A model generated the notes under the pieces. That model had not been told where the DNA came from and did not search any database. It worked only from the letters and a program-made list of their open reading frames with translations. The position numbers and the translations under genes were made by a program. DNA of 64,000 nt from Takakia lepidozioides (Eukaryota; Plantae; Bryophyta), in contig CM060731.1 of assembly GCA_030704615.1 (NCBI GenBank), positions 71,734,001 to 71,798,000 of the forward strand. Direction: 5' to 3'. This document shows positions 13,401 through 26,536 of the stretch, piece after piece. How positions within the stretch are numbered: the first letter of the stretch is position 1; each line of letters begins with the position of its first letter.

Positions 13401-14330
13401 GAGCATCTGCTATCTCCCGAAAGAATAGGTTGGTTTTGTAGAGCAGAAAGTACCTCATCACATAGTCACGTAGGCTCTCTGTTGCAGGAGATATCTCCAT
13501 CTTGAACTGATGTGCTTGTGTGTCCAGCTGCTCTTGCGCATTGGTCGTCACCTGTGGAGATTCTCCATCAGATAGCTTTCCTGAAAAAATACAATGAATC
13601 CACCCCCTACTAGAGTAGAAGCCCCAAACGAAGCGTGGGGAAGTACCTGAAACCACCATGTCATGCGGTTCATCCACATGTCGAATGTGGGGTCAGAGAG
13701 TTGTCCGGTTTGGGGAAGCTCCACATGTCCCTCGTACTTTGGGAACCATTCCAGATTTGGAGCCACCGGGTCTGTCCAACCACCCAGCATATTCGTAAGC
13801 GCCAAACTCCACAAAAAGGAGTTGTTGCCACCACAATTTGGTTAAGAATGTATCACCTTTTCTGTTGCATCCACACAGGATGTGGCTAGACGATGGAGCT
13901 TCTCCAATGTCATCGTGGGCTTCAGAGCGCGAGAGTAGTGCTTCCCCACCTCCACCAGAAAGTCGGCACCAAGGGCGGGATCAGCTATGGCCACGTACTT
14001 TACCATCCGCGACTTGTACTTTATGCGGGCCCTCACCTCCGCAGCTTTGACATACGATTCGAGTTCCGGGAGGGTTGGATTCTTCTCCTCTGGCTCCATG
14101 TAGAACCTCCGCGCATGTGCCAAATCCTGCTGTATTTTCGTCTGTCAAGAATGCGCACATAAGATTAGAGATCCTGCTCAACACAATTTCTTCTATTGGG
14201 GGAGGAGATTAGAAATCACAGTGAAGACCTTTTCTTCTATTGGGGGAGGAGAGACAGATTAGCTCAACAAAACTGTCAGGAGCTTTACCCGAAATATGTA
14301 GTCCACCATGGCGTCGACGCTTAGCCTATA
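10455..14330 (-). pseudogene. Duplicated 3' part of the ParB-MTase-like gene (includes the MTase-like exons)
   Basis: Exons with DMILLDIPDG, RSPAFIQTLMETCSDVQGRILDLTCSTG and ASMWAGTLSDRHVFAFEPD. Introns include 11628-11679 and about 11244-11326. In-frame TGA at 11695-11697. Confidence 0.7.
12865..13270. repeat. Intronic 95-bp tandem repeat with two palindromes (about 4 copies; about 6 error-ridden copies at 16940-17545)
   Basis: Unit holds CTGGAAAATGGCGCCGAATTTCCAG and the stem-loop GGGACTTAGCC-N7-GGCTAAGTCCC. GGCGCC at 12888, 12983, 13078, 13173, 13256. Confidence 0.92.
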
Positions 14331-14571
14331 CCAGGTTCTGTCTGCCTTTGGGGGGCTGCTATTTCATGAGCGGCATGAGCATGAGCGGAAAAAAAAAAAG
14401 CATGAGCAGACCATTGTGAGTCCACGGAAATAGGGTTAGGAGGCACGGAAATAGGGTCATGTGAAGTTGGAATGTGGCACCAGTGGACTTGAAATGCAAC
14501 ATTTTATTGCAAATTTTGTGGCAAGCCACGTCTACACAAGTGTGTTCTAACTGTCATAGCCGGAATGGGCA

Positions 14572-17500
14572 CTACTCTCCTACACCCTCCGAGGAACTTG
14601 CCCCACCTTCTTCCTCATCCCCCTCATCCCCCTCATCCTCCGAGCTCTGTGGTGCATCAGTTCCACTATGCTTCTCAAAAATCCCGTCCTCTCCTTGGGG
14701 GACTGTCCACCTCACCTCCTGGGAATCTTCTGCGTCTTCTCCCCCACTTTCCTCAGCAGAATCCAAGACAAATCTACGAGCCCGACGGGCTCTAATAGCT
14801 GTTGCCTCCTCCCTCATCTTCATTTTCTTGAGGCTTGCCTCGTCTAAAATCTGCTGTACACGACTAGGTTCGGAACACCTCCTAATGGACACCGAAGCAA
14901 GCCGGGCAGCATAAGTAGGAAGGATGTACTCCCTTTCTGGACTAGGCATGAAATCCCCCCTGGCAAAAAAAAGCACGTTCCTCCTGCCCATGAACTCCGG
15001 TGTAGACGTTCCTCCGGCAGTACTTGGCATCCTACAGTAAGAACAAATCCACTTGAAGAATGTCAATACCAGCACAACCAGAAAGGGTTTTCAATGAAAT
15101 AAGAGAGCGGAGGGAGGTGCCTCACGAAATCTGGAGGCAACTTACAATGCCACCACTTACTCGTAAACCGGGGGCTCCTCGGCCTCGATCCCAACTTCCT
15201 CCCCCTGCTCCTTCTCGGATTTTTCCTCATCCTCCGAGGATGCCTCTTCCTCTTTCGGCAGACGTTCAGCCGCTGCAAGTTCCGAGTTGTGGAGGGCAGT
15301 ATCTGGCTCGAAGGCGAACACATGCCTGTCGGACAACGTCCCTGCCCACATTGAAGCACCTGAGGAACAAAGCGGGCGGTTAATAGCTTGCGGCATGCAA
15401 TTGCAATCGGGCCAGGGGACAAACTGAGCACGTGAAGGCTTACCCGTGCTGCATGTGAGGTCCAGAATCCGCCCTTGGACATCCGAGCACGTCTCCATGA
15501 GGGTTTGGATGAAAGCAGGGCTCCGTGTCTGGCTGTACCGCCACGGTTTGCCTGTCTTTGTGTCCTTTGGCATACTGGAGTGGGGCACATAGTTGTAGAG
15601 GACATCGTAGGTTACAGGGTCCACAACGGCATCAACAAGACGACCGTCGTTGCGGAATTTGAACGTAGACCCTCTCTTCACAAAGCAATATGCCTCAAAC
15701 ACCAATGTCTGCACATCCAACAAAGAAGGGATCAACTCCAGGGTCTACTTAACATACACCACAATATGAAGTGAATGCAATAGATTGATAACTTACACTT
15801 TGGCCCTCTGTTCACAACCCCTGTGTACTGATGCAGAACCATTTTCTGAGGAGGACCGGGGTGACACTTTTCGGTGTCCACCTTGCCACCGCATTCTCTG
15901 TGGTCTTCCCTCTCGTGGCAAGGACAACCACACATCCACCGTCATCCAGAAGCATCCCCGTCAGCCCAAACCCGGCTTTCCAGTAGTCCTCTGTAAACCT
16001 GTTCCAGGTGGGCACACCATCCAGGCCCTCCAACAGCTCCTCATCTGGAATGTCAAGGAGAATCATGTCGCAAGCTCTCTCCACCTCAACCCCCCCCCGA
16101 GTGCTCTTGCAATTCGTGCTCACAGTCGCAAAACCAGGGGTGTCTTTAGGCTCTGTACCGCCAGCCCTCTTCTTGGCTTTCCCCTTCTGCTCCGCCAGAG
16201 ACTTGCTGTGTGCCACCTTCTTCGCCCTGGCAGCAAGAGCGTCAAGGAAGCTCTCATTGACGCATTGGATGATGGTTGGAGGTTCTAGTTTTGGCCTGTG
16301 CGTAAACGTCACCGCCGAATACCGGCGTGTAGGCTCGCCCTCAAATGCCAACTTCTTGGCAGAGCCAGTCCCACTCCGAACTGACTTGGGAACCCGGACG
16401 ACCGGTGACTGGGTAGGAGCAACAGTAGTCGAAGGACCTTGAACGAAGTCGTTGTCCGAGTCACTCTCTTGGGTCCCCTCCTGCGTCTCCTCCGATGCCC
16501 GATGGTTTTCTTCTTTTTGGGTGTTACTGCAGTCACCTGTTTCCTTGTCCTTTCCTTTGACCTTTACTCTTCTCATGCAATTTCTCCTGAATTCCTGCCT
16601 GAGCAAGCTCTGCCGCTTTCCTGGAGTTCGCAAGCGCTTTTGCCTCTTTTGCACCCAATGGAGGCAGCGGAGCCCGGTTTCGTCGGAATTCAGCATCCAG
16701 CTTCAATTGAAACTCGGATGGGTCGAGCGAGCCGGGCGGAAGGGTCCACATACCAAGGGCAAATCAGCAAAATGTTCCAGATGCACTCCTTCACAATATC
16801 GTCAGTGTACATGGAGTCAGCCCCAGGGGTCCTCCAGCCCGGAAGAATGGGATGGCTCGAACACAGATGACCTTTCTCCAAAAGGGAGAACTTAACAGTA
16901 CCATGCATTCATGAAAAACACAATGAGGGCCCGAAAATGGCTATTCCCTGAACGGCAATAGGGCCTAGAACTGGAAAACGCGCCGAATTTCCACTTCATG
17001 GCCAGCCAGTCTAGGGACTTAGCCCGAAAATCTAAGTCCCTGTGGACGCAATGGGCCTAGAACTGGAAACGGCGCCGAATTTGCAGTTCCCGTCCCCGGC
17101 CAACAGTCAGGGACTTAGCCCGAAATGGCTAAGTCCCTGGACGGCAATAGGGCCTAGAAACTGGAAAACGGCGCCGAATTTCCGTTCCGGGCCAGCCACC
17201 CTAGGGACTTAGCCCGAAAATGGCTAAGTCCCTGGACGGCAATAGGGCCTCTAGAACTGAAAACGGCGCCGATTTCCAGTTCCCTCCGGTCGCCACCCGA
17301 GGGACTTAGCACACGAAAATGGCTAAGTCCCCTGGACGGCAATAGGGCCTAGAACTGGAAACGTCGCGAATTTCAGTTCCCCGGGCCAGCCACCCTAGGG
17401 ACTTAGCCCGAAAAATGGCTAAGTCCCTGGAACGGCAATAGGGCTAGAACTGGCAAACGGCGCCGAATTTCTCAGTTCCGGGCCAGCCCTTCTAACGGAC

Positions 17501-20252
17501 TTTCAAATTTTCCGAGCCCTGACTGGAATTCGGCGCCATTTTCCCTAACACCACTTGAGGCCCCTCTAACATCCCTGAAATTGACAGCACTTGAAAGAAA
17601 GGCAGCGCAGTGTATTTACATACCTGTACAGAAGCGCCTTGCTGCTTTGGTCCGCGTTCGTCTGGTCGGTGAACTTCGTGGCTCCAGCGGGCATCTGCTA
17701 TTCTTTGTCCGAAACAATAGGTTTGGTTTTTGTAGAGCAGAAAGTACCCCCGTCGCACATAGTCACGTAGGCTCTCTGTTGCAGGAGATATCTCCATCTT
17801 GAACTGATGTGCTTGTGTGTCCAGCTGCTCTTCGCGCATTGGTCGTCACCTGTGGAGATTCTCCATCAGATCGCTTTCCTGAAAAAATACAATGAATCCA
17901 CCCCCTACTAGAGTAGAAGCCCCAAACGAAGCGTGGGAAGTACCTGAACCACCATGTCATGCGGTTCATCCACATGTCGAATGTGGGTCAGAGAGTTTGT
18001 CCGGTTTGGGGAAGCTCCACATGTCCCTCGTACTTTGGGAACCATTCCAGATTGGAGCCAACCGGGTCTGTCCAACACCCAGCATATTCGTAAGCGCCAA
18101 ACACCACAAAAAGGAGTTGTTGCCACCACAATTTGGTTAAGAATGTATCACCTTTTCTGTTGCATCCACACAGGATGTGGCTAGACGATGGAGCTTCTCC
18201 AATGTCATCGTGGGCTTCAGAGCGCGAGAAAGTAGTGCTTCCCCACCTCCACCAGAAAGTCGGCACCAAGGCGGGATCAGCTATGGCCACGTACTTTACC
18301 ATCCGCGACTTGTACTTTATACGGGCCCTCACCTCCGCAGCTTTGACATACGATTCGAGTTCCGGGAGGGTTGGATTCTTCTCCTCTGGCTCCATGTAGA
18401 ACTCCGCGCATGTGCAAATCCTGCTGTATTTTCGTCTGTCAAGAATGCGCACATAAGATTAGAGATCCTGCTCAACACAATTTCTTCTATTGGGGGAGGA
18501 GAGACAGATTAGCTCAACAAAACTGTCAGGAGCTTTACCCGAAATATGTAGTCCACCATGGCGTCGACGCTCAGCCTATACCAGTTCTGTCTGCCTTTGC
18601 CTCCGACTTGCGCAGGAGGTCGGCACTGAGGGAATTGACAAACTCTTGCACCCCCTGCTTCCCGACATCCTTCACTCGGAAGAGCATATGGGACAAGTTG
18701 GTGGCAATGAAGGCATTCTCAGTCACCCTGCAGTGCCACATTTCTATCAAACAATACTGAAATGGGAATTTTCATCATATATAAGGATTCGCAATGAAAT
18801 GACTTCCAAATTCAAGTCCAAAAGCGAGAGGGGTTGTAGCTTACGAGTTGATGTCGGCCATTGCAGCTTTGAAAAGACTACGATCTTTGGGCCCGCAACC
18901 TTCAGCACAACACAATCCACGGCGAAATGCCAATCGAGGTCGTTGGGGTAGGCTTGGGCAATGTGCTCCATCCATGCCAGGAGGCGATGATTGCCGTCCC
19001 ACATGTAGAACATCTTACCGGGACAAGTGCTGGAAAAGAGGATCACTAGCAATCGATCTCTCGAACTCCTCATTTCGCGTTTGCCAATGGGGACCCCATT
19101 TGTCCACCTCATCGGAAGTGTGGGCACGGGAAGCTCCGTGGTCGTTCTCAATGGAAACGTAAAAGGCGGCAGACCCCATTCGATATCCATCCCGGAAAGA
19201 GAATTTCAGCTTGTTGATATCGCCTGGGAGGGCAGGTCTCACCACCTGCAATGACACCAAGCGGCAAAGGGGAATTCGAAGCTTGGCCGGGTACACCATC
19301 CCCCCCAGCACCCTGCCAATGTTGCTGTGGGTTGCCTCCAACATCTTGGCAGCGGCCAACTTCATATCCGCCTCAGACATGACGTTTGCTGCAGAGGGGT
19401 TTTCCGGCAGCCCACCAGGACCGCCAATCCAGCCTGTATGCTCCGGGTTTGGGGCCTGGGGATGTCCGGGAGGATGTCATCCTGGTCAGAAAGCTCCCTG
19501 TCGTCCTCCTCAACAGGGTCAGCCACCTGCGAAACCACCTCCAGCACTCTCCCCGTCTCTACTGCCCTCTCCCTGGCTTCACCTCGAACTTGCACAATCC
19601 GTGCTCTTTCAGGTGTTCTTTCCTCTCCTCCACTCTCCACCGTATGGGTAATTGCGGGGGCTGCTCTTGCCCGCGATGGTCTAACCGGTGTGTTACTGCC
19701 TCTCTGTGGTGTCTTGGAGGGATCCATCGTCTCTGTGCGTCCCTCGCTTACATTGGCATCTGTCATTTGGGCACCCCTGGCCTCTTCAACTGCCTTTTCT
19801 CTTTCCTCCTGGCTAGCATTCTGTCTCGTCTGCTCTTTTGCCCTCTCTTTTGCCCTCTCACGGGCTTTCTGTTTCTTACTAGGGCTAGCAGCAGGGGAGC
19901 CCTCCAGGACGACCACCTTTGATTGAGGCGAACTGACACCCTTGCGCGCACTGCTCACTCCCCCCTCCGCAGCCCGTGACTGCTCTCTCGCCGGGGATTG
20001 CATGTGCTTAGCTTTCTTCTTTTTCTTTGCGTGGGCGGGCCCTACTGCATGTGCATGAACAACCTCCATTGCCGGATCTGCTGTCCTCATGTCCTCACGC
20101 CCTTCACCTGCCATGTCGCCTGCACCAACCTCCCCAATGCCATGCAACAACAATGAAAACAAATGCAACCATTGCCTGAGAATGACATGCACAAGCAGCC
20201 TTCTCCAGAGCTGCCGGATTTGCACACGCATTGCAAACAATCTAAGGTTCAT
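14572..20252 (-). CDS. Multi-exon accessory gene: low-complexity N-terminus, ParB/Srx-like domain, beta-class N4/N6 DNA methyltransferase-like domain, acidic tail; disrupted as assembled
   Basis: ParB-like: LRIPLCRLV..VVRPA..DINKLKFSFRDGY..FYMWDGNHRLLAW (about 18900-19290). MTase motif IV-like DMILLDIP precedes motif X/I-like SPAFIQTLMETCSDVQGRILDLTCSTG..RHVFAFE. GT-AG introns join in frame. Start codon uncertain; several frameshifts and one TGA. Confidence 0.68.
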
Positions 20253-20759
20253 TCAACTATCTAAAGTTCACTCATACAGCGAAGCCAGGATGAAGATGCA
20301 AAAACAAAGCGAGGTAACAAAGCGAAAGCAAAAAAGAAATCGAACAAACCGAAAGCAGAAGTGGCTTGCCTGAGAGTACTCGGCTTCAATTGGCACAGGT
20401 TGTGAGCAAGACACTGGAATCTCCTGCTGGAGCTTCAGTTTGGCCATGCGAGAGATTGGCCGTCGTCCGTAGTACAGAGCTTTCAACTTCCGTCGCGGTC
20501 TGGATGTGAGGTCTCTCTCAGGAGAGCCACGCCCTTCAGGCGGCATAAGTCCCAGCCAAAAAGATCTCCTTTTTTGGGGTACATGCCTCGAATAGCATGT
20601 TAAGCCAAGATTAGCATGAGATTTAGGGTACGTGTCCAGGAAGCCATGCGTCGCTAGCCCGAATGATAACCGACGGCGGTCGACATTTATTGCCCAACTG
20701 CGCAATTAAATGTCGGATGAAGCCCTCCATGTCGGATGAAAATCGACGTAAACAGTCCC

Positions 20760-22660
20760 GGAATTTCCAACGTAGAGGTAATTCGGAGCGCTGCACGATG
20801 GAATTCCGGCGCCGGATTTCCATCCTGCAGGTAATTCGGAGCGCAGCAGGATGAAAATTCAGCGCCGAATTTCCATCCAGCAAGGTAGGCGGCGCTGGAA
20901 ATTTCCCTCACGCAGGTAATTCAGAAGCGGGCGGATGGAAATCCGGCGCCGGATTTCCATCCGCGCAGGTAGGGCGTCGCGCCAAATATCCCTCACGGAG
21001 GTAATTCCGAAGCGCGCGGATGGAAATCTGGCGTCGAATTTCCATCCGCGCAGCTCGGGCGGCGCGCCAAATTTCCCTCACGCAGGTAATTCGGAAGCCT
21101 GCGGATGGAAATCCGCCGCCGAATTTCCATCAGCGGAGGTCGGGCGGCGCGCCAAATTTCCTCACGCAGGTAATTCGGAAGCGCTCGGATGGAAATCCGG
21201 CGCCGAATTTCAATCCGCGCAGGTCGGGCGGCGCGCCAAATTTCCCTCACGCAGTTAATTCGGAAGCGCGCGGATGAAGATCCGGCGCCGAATTTCAATC
21301 CGCGCAGGTCGGGCGGCGCGCCAAATTTCCCTCACGCAGGTAATTCGGAAGCGCGCGGATGGAAATCCGGCGCCGAATTTCCATCCGGCATGTAATTCGA
21401 ATACCGGGTGAATGGAAATTCGGCGCCGAATTTCCATCCAGCAGGTAAGTGGAATCCCGGATGGATGGAAATTCGGCGCCGAATTACCATCCTGCAGGTA
21501 ATTCGAATCCCGGATAAATGGAAATTCGGCGCCGAATTTCCATCCAGCAGGTAATTCGGATCGCTGGCGTATGGATATTCGGCGCCGAATTTCCATTCGC
21601 CATGTATTTCATCGCTCAGAATTACCATCCTGCAGGTAATTCCCAGATGAGAATTACCTTCCTACCGGCATCGATAGGAATTACCTTCCTGCAGGTAATT
21701 CGCATCTGGGAATTACCTGCAGGAAGGTAATTCTGAGCGATGAAATACATGGCGAATGGAAATTCGGCGCCGAATTTCCATTTATCCGGGATTCGAATTA
21801 CCTGCAGGATGGAAATTCGGCGCCGAATTTCCATCCATCCGGGATTCCACTTACCTGCAAGATGGAAATTCGGCGCTGAATTTGGATCCATCCGGGATTC
21901 CACTTACCTGCCGGATGGAAATTCGGCGCCGAATTTCCATCCATCCGGGATTCCACTTACCTGTAGGATGGAAATTCGGCGCCGAAATTCCATCTGGGGG
22001 ATGGTCTCTGTCGGAGAGGTGCCGCCTCTCCGCCGCTCTGTTGGATATTCGGTGCCGAATTTCCGTCCGGGGGTTGAAATATGACGGCCAGGTGCCGACC
22101 TCTCCCCCCTCCCCGACTGCATTGGAACGGCCCCGGATTGAAATTCGGCGCCGTTTTCCCATCTGGGGAGGTTTTTATGTCGGCCAGTTTTCGGTCTGAC
22201 CCCCCGACAAGACTTCCTTTGGAGGGGCCCGGATGGAAATTCGGCGCCGAATCTCCATCCAGGGGATGCTCTCTGTCGAACACGTGCCGACCTCTACGCC
22301 CGAGGCGACTTCATCCGGGCGTCCCCTGTTCGATATTCGGTGCCGAATTTCCGTCCGGGGGTTGAAATGTGACGGCCAAGTGCCGGCCACTCCCCCCTCC
22401 CCGACTGCATCCGAACCGCCCCGGATGGAAATTCGGCGCCGTTTTTCCATCTGGGGATGTTTATATGCCGTCCAGTTTTCGGCCTGACCCCCCGACACGA
22501 CTCCCTTTGGGGGGCCCGGATGGAAATTCGGCACCGAATCTCCATCCAGGGGATGTTCTCTGTCGCACACACGCCGGCCTCTGCGCCCGAGGCGACTTCA
22601 TCCGGGCTTCCTCTGTTGGATATTGGGTGCCGAATTTCCATTCGGGGGTAGTAATGTGAC
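20760..22660. repeat. Composite palindromic repeat region between the divergent genes (85-, 53- and 96/288-bp units)
   Basis: About two dozen variants of the 30-bp palindrome GGATGGAAATTCGGCGCCGAATTTCCATCC. Large inverted symmetry centred near 21670. Confidence 0.92.
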
Positions 22661-23279
22661 GACACGGTGCCGGCTTCTCCCCTTCAGCCGTCATCATCCG
22701 GACGGCCCCCCACTTTCTGACTGCATACCGTTGGCAGTTATTGCGCAAAGACCAGGGGCCGCATTCCGGAGACAAGGTTCATTAACACTCTGACTGTGGA
22801 TTTTTCAGATAGTTGGCTCCCTGGATTTGGATCAGGCTTCGTCGCTCGGACAAATCGGCATCGCATTCATTCCCATCGCTGCACCCCCTTCTACCAGGGA
22901 GCTTCCCCGCACGCCATCCTGGCAGTCTTGTGTGCACATCTCCCATGGCGGAAACCCGAGCGCTACAGTGTACTGCCCTCCTCACGAGCATAGAGCTTCA
23001 TCGCCGTGCAGAGGGGACATCTGCCGGGTGATGGAGAAATATCTGTGCGTTCGATACCACCTGAAACCGGGGTCGGTATTTTTGGAGGAGGAAAGGAAGG
23101 ACTCTAACGGACTTGTTGTCGAGAGTATTGTTGTGCTCCACGATGATTTCGGCGATGGCAGGGAATGACGAGTTCCACCATCGGACAACGTCATATACAG
23201 GGCTGTTGGGGACTTCATTTGCCCGCCAAATGCACCTTCTATCCTGGCGCCTTCCACGAAACAATCCGCGAATCAGAGA

Positions 23280-26200
23280 ATGGCTACCTCAAAGAGAGAA
23301 GTCCGGAACGAAGTAAATCCAGAGCCGAACCCATCCATGAAGACGAGCGAGAACCGGGTTGTTCACAACCTGTCCGACTCAGACGAGGTCATGGAAGTTC
23401 CGAGGTCGTCCTGGAGATCAGGCAAGTCCTCAATGGACATCAGTGGAGGAGGGAGTCATATTCCCAGCACGAGCACCGCAGTTCGATCTATTCTTGAAAT
23501 TCTGCGAGGGCTTCACCTGGAAGGACACCGGTCGGAGCTGGCCGGGCTGGACTACAGCAAGTTCGCAATTAAATCGGTTACATGGCTTCCCGCCGACGTC
23601 GACGGTAATATCTTCTTTGAGTTCCCTCCTCGGGCGGACTACTCGAGGGCGTCCGGAATGTTGACAGATATGGATAGAAAACATGACGGTCATCCTTGGT
23701 GCGTTACCAAAACCACCAGCATGAAGATGCTCGATGGTGTGCGGGTGCGCTACGTTGTTTGTGCGGGCGCGTTGCAGTGTTTCTCCCCAACTTGCTTCCA
23801 CTTTAAATCCAGAGGTAACAGGAACGAGACCGATTGGACAGGCACAGCTCACCAACCATTTCGAGCTCAGGAGAAGGTTCCGAACTCCACATTTAAGTGT
23901 GCGCATTGCAAAGAACCACCACACTGCATGTCTGTTTGTAATGCCAAGCAGTTCTATATGTTGCACCGTTTCCTTGACCTCACCCGAGCTTGCATACACG
24001 TTGGTTCCCATTGTCACAAATTGGCGAGGGGGAACTCGTGGGAGGCTGCCCACGAAGCAGAGCAGCTCGTTCAGGAGGAGGTTAAGTTGAGACCGGGTGC
24101 CAAACCCAAACAGATACAGCTCCAAGCCGCCCATAAGATGGCATTGGCCAAAATTATGTCGGAAGACGGCTCCGATAGAGTTCCTCTCGACGAGAAGGAA
24201 ATGGAGGCATTGCTGGAGTCGGTGTCCCACGTATGTTCACAGAATGTCCGAAACCACATTGTCTCATGCAAACAGAAAATTGGGCGTGGCTCGGATATGC
24301 ACTCCATTCTGGAGGTGAAGCGACGATGTGGATATGACTACATTCATGGAAGTAGGTTTCCAGGACAAGGGACTGAGGCAGATCGTTGTTTCGTATTCAA
24401 AATGTCCACGTGTGGACCTGGCAGCGGCGTCGAACTGGTCGACAGGATGATGAGAGGGAACTTGTCAAACAGTTGGGTCATGTTCGACCATATCAAGCGA
24501 ATTACAAATCACCAGTGGGTGACAATGGGTGCACATGTCTACGACACCCACTGCAGGATGCTAATGACAATTGCTATTTGTGAGATGAAAGGAGAGGACA
24601 CACAATCGGAGATGCTTCTTTGGCAGGGAATAAACGAACAGATGGCCAAGGCGGGATTGCCCCCTCCCAATTTCCGTGGTTTCATGGCGGACTACGCACA
24701 AGCAAATTGGGCTGCCATCCGAAGGGTGTACGGGCAAGACCCCAATGTTCCCATGGAAGGCAAGGAGAGATCTTGTGGGTTCCATTTTCTGCAGAGCCTT
24801 TCGCAGTACACAACCAGGCTCGTGGCGCCAGATTTCAGAGAGGAGCACCGTTCCATGTGCCTTGCGTGGAAGCGCGCTCCCACCTTGGATGATGCAGAGA
24901 CACAGTTTGCATGCAGACGGGCTTGGTGGACATCGTCAAGTGCTGTAAGGAAATCAGACGAGGGAGCAATGGTCAGTTGGCTAGCATGGTGGCATTATCG
25001 TTTCCTCCAGTTCGGCGACTATATGCGGGAGGTGAGTTGCACGAATTCGCGTCCCGTTGAATATTATTCTTGGCCATATTTGTAACTTGCTTGTAACCTG
25101 AACATGTGCTTGTGCAGGAAATGTGTCTCGACTCCGACACCGACATGCCCACGACAAACATGGCCGAATCAGTGCACTTTTCCTGGCGTGCCTCCTCTGT
25201 GGCGCATCTGGTGGACATCCTCACTGCCACAACGGAGGACATTGTGAGGTCAATTATGCAACAATGCAGGTACAACGAGTTCTTGAAAGGGAAACAGTGG
25301 GGCTTGGGGCCGGACAGGCAGGAAATGCTGATGCGGACTGCCTCCAGATCGAAGAATCCTCGGAAGTGGGCGGCGGCCTTGCGAGAGGGCCTTCGGGACA
25401 CGCCATTGCTGCGAAGATGCCAACATTTGGAAGGAGATGTTCACACCTGTCCAGTGAGACGAAGACTTGACGAGGCACCTGGCGGAGAAGAGGATTCATG
25501 GCGAGCTGACAAGAATATTCGCACGCTCCCTCGTGGTCCGGTGATGTTGCCCGAGGAGGTCTCGTCGAGCACCGCAAGTCCTGCACGTTCAAGATCGCCA
25601 TCTCCTTTGAGCACAGGGCGCGTGCCCCGGCAACATAACGAGCCATCTGTAGTAAAGCAGTACAACATTCCCATTGTGGAGACAAGAGTGTCGGAGTCAC
25701 AGTGGAGAATTGCGAGGACATTGCCGGCATTTCGAGGGAAGTACTGCGCCATCCGGGTGGATACGAGAGCACGCTGTGGTGAGATGATTCGGAGAAACCC
25801 ACACGGTGCTGTACCTGCACCTTGTTTCAGCGGCAGATTTTTGACTCCCACATTTGCTCATGCCACAACGCAGACATTTTGGTTCTGTAGGCACGACATA
25901 ATGACCTGTGTATTTGGCAAGCCCAAGTACGGGATTCAGGGAATGCCGGAGCCTCCGGGCGTCTGGCCTGTTGCACCGGGTTGCAGCCTCTCTCAGAATG
26001 AGGCGGATGCTCTATCTACAGCAGGATTTCGAATGGTGCAACGCACAGACATCCCGGCCCACGCATTTCCGGTTCCTCAGACCCAGCCATTGCAGACTGC
26101 TCGGTCCAGTAGAGACGGATTGGACAATTCTGCACATCCCACAATGCGATTCGGAAGAGTGAAGAGACGACACCCTCCCAACAAGTTGAATGAGACTCGG

Positions 26201-26536
26201 ATTGCCAATGCTCTTGGGATGGCTTGCACTATTCAGAGCTCCGTGGACGTACCCCCACCCGGCCTTGGGCGTGTGTATCGGATGGCAACGGCCGGCTCGG
26301 CTGTACGCGACGATGTATACACAATTACGATTGGAGTGGAGCCGACTTGCAATTGTACGGACTTCTCGTTGATGGAAGCAAAGAAGGGTTCGAAGTATTA
26401 TCCGTGCAAGCATCTGTATTACATCTACCTGAAGAGGTTGAGGATGAACGTGACTATTGATGACTTTATTCAGGCACCGGCGTTGAGCGTGAACGAGCTG
26501 CACAAACTCCTCCTTAGGGATTCCAGAAATCATTGA
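23280..26536 (+). CDS. MULE transposase, two exons (23280-25031, 25118-26536), about 1056 aa, apparently intact
   Basis: DDE candidates VMFDH, FMADY and TTNMAES; CxxH motif CGFH; C-terminal SWIM finger CNCTDF..PCKH; N-terminal Cys/His cluster (WRKY/GCM1-like by inference). In-frame GTGAGT..TGCAG intron. Confidence 0.88.

Larger units (their letters stand above)
10232..14348. repeat. Copy A of the duplicated left arm (copy B is about 14349-18599)
   Basis: Near-identical sequence and ORFs offset by 4117 bp, for example 10455-10958 versus 14572-15075. The left TIR recurs at about 14349. Confidence 0.92.

Noticed and set aside
20760-22660. CRISPR-like appearance of regularly spaced 30-bp palindromes
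   Set aside because: The sequences between palindromes are themselves repeated rather than unique spacers, there are no cas genes, and the context is a eukaryotic transposon.
20623-22775. Many short ORFs of the MEIRRRISI type
   Set aside because: They are translations of the palindromic repeats on both strands.
23280-26536. KDZ/Zisupton or hAT assignment
   Set aside because: The 9-bp TSD, D..CxxH..TNxAES pattern and SWIM finger fit Mutator better.
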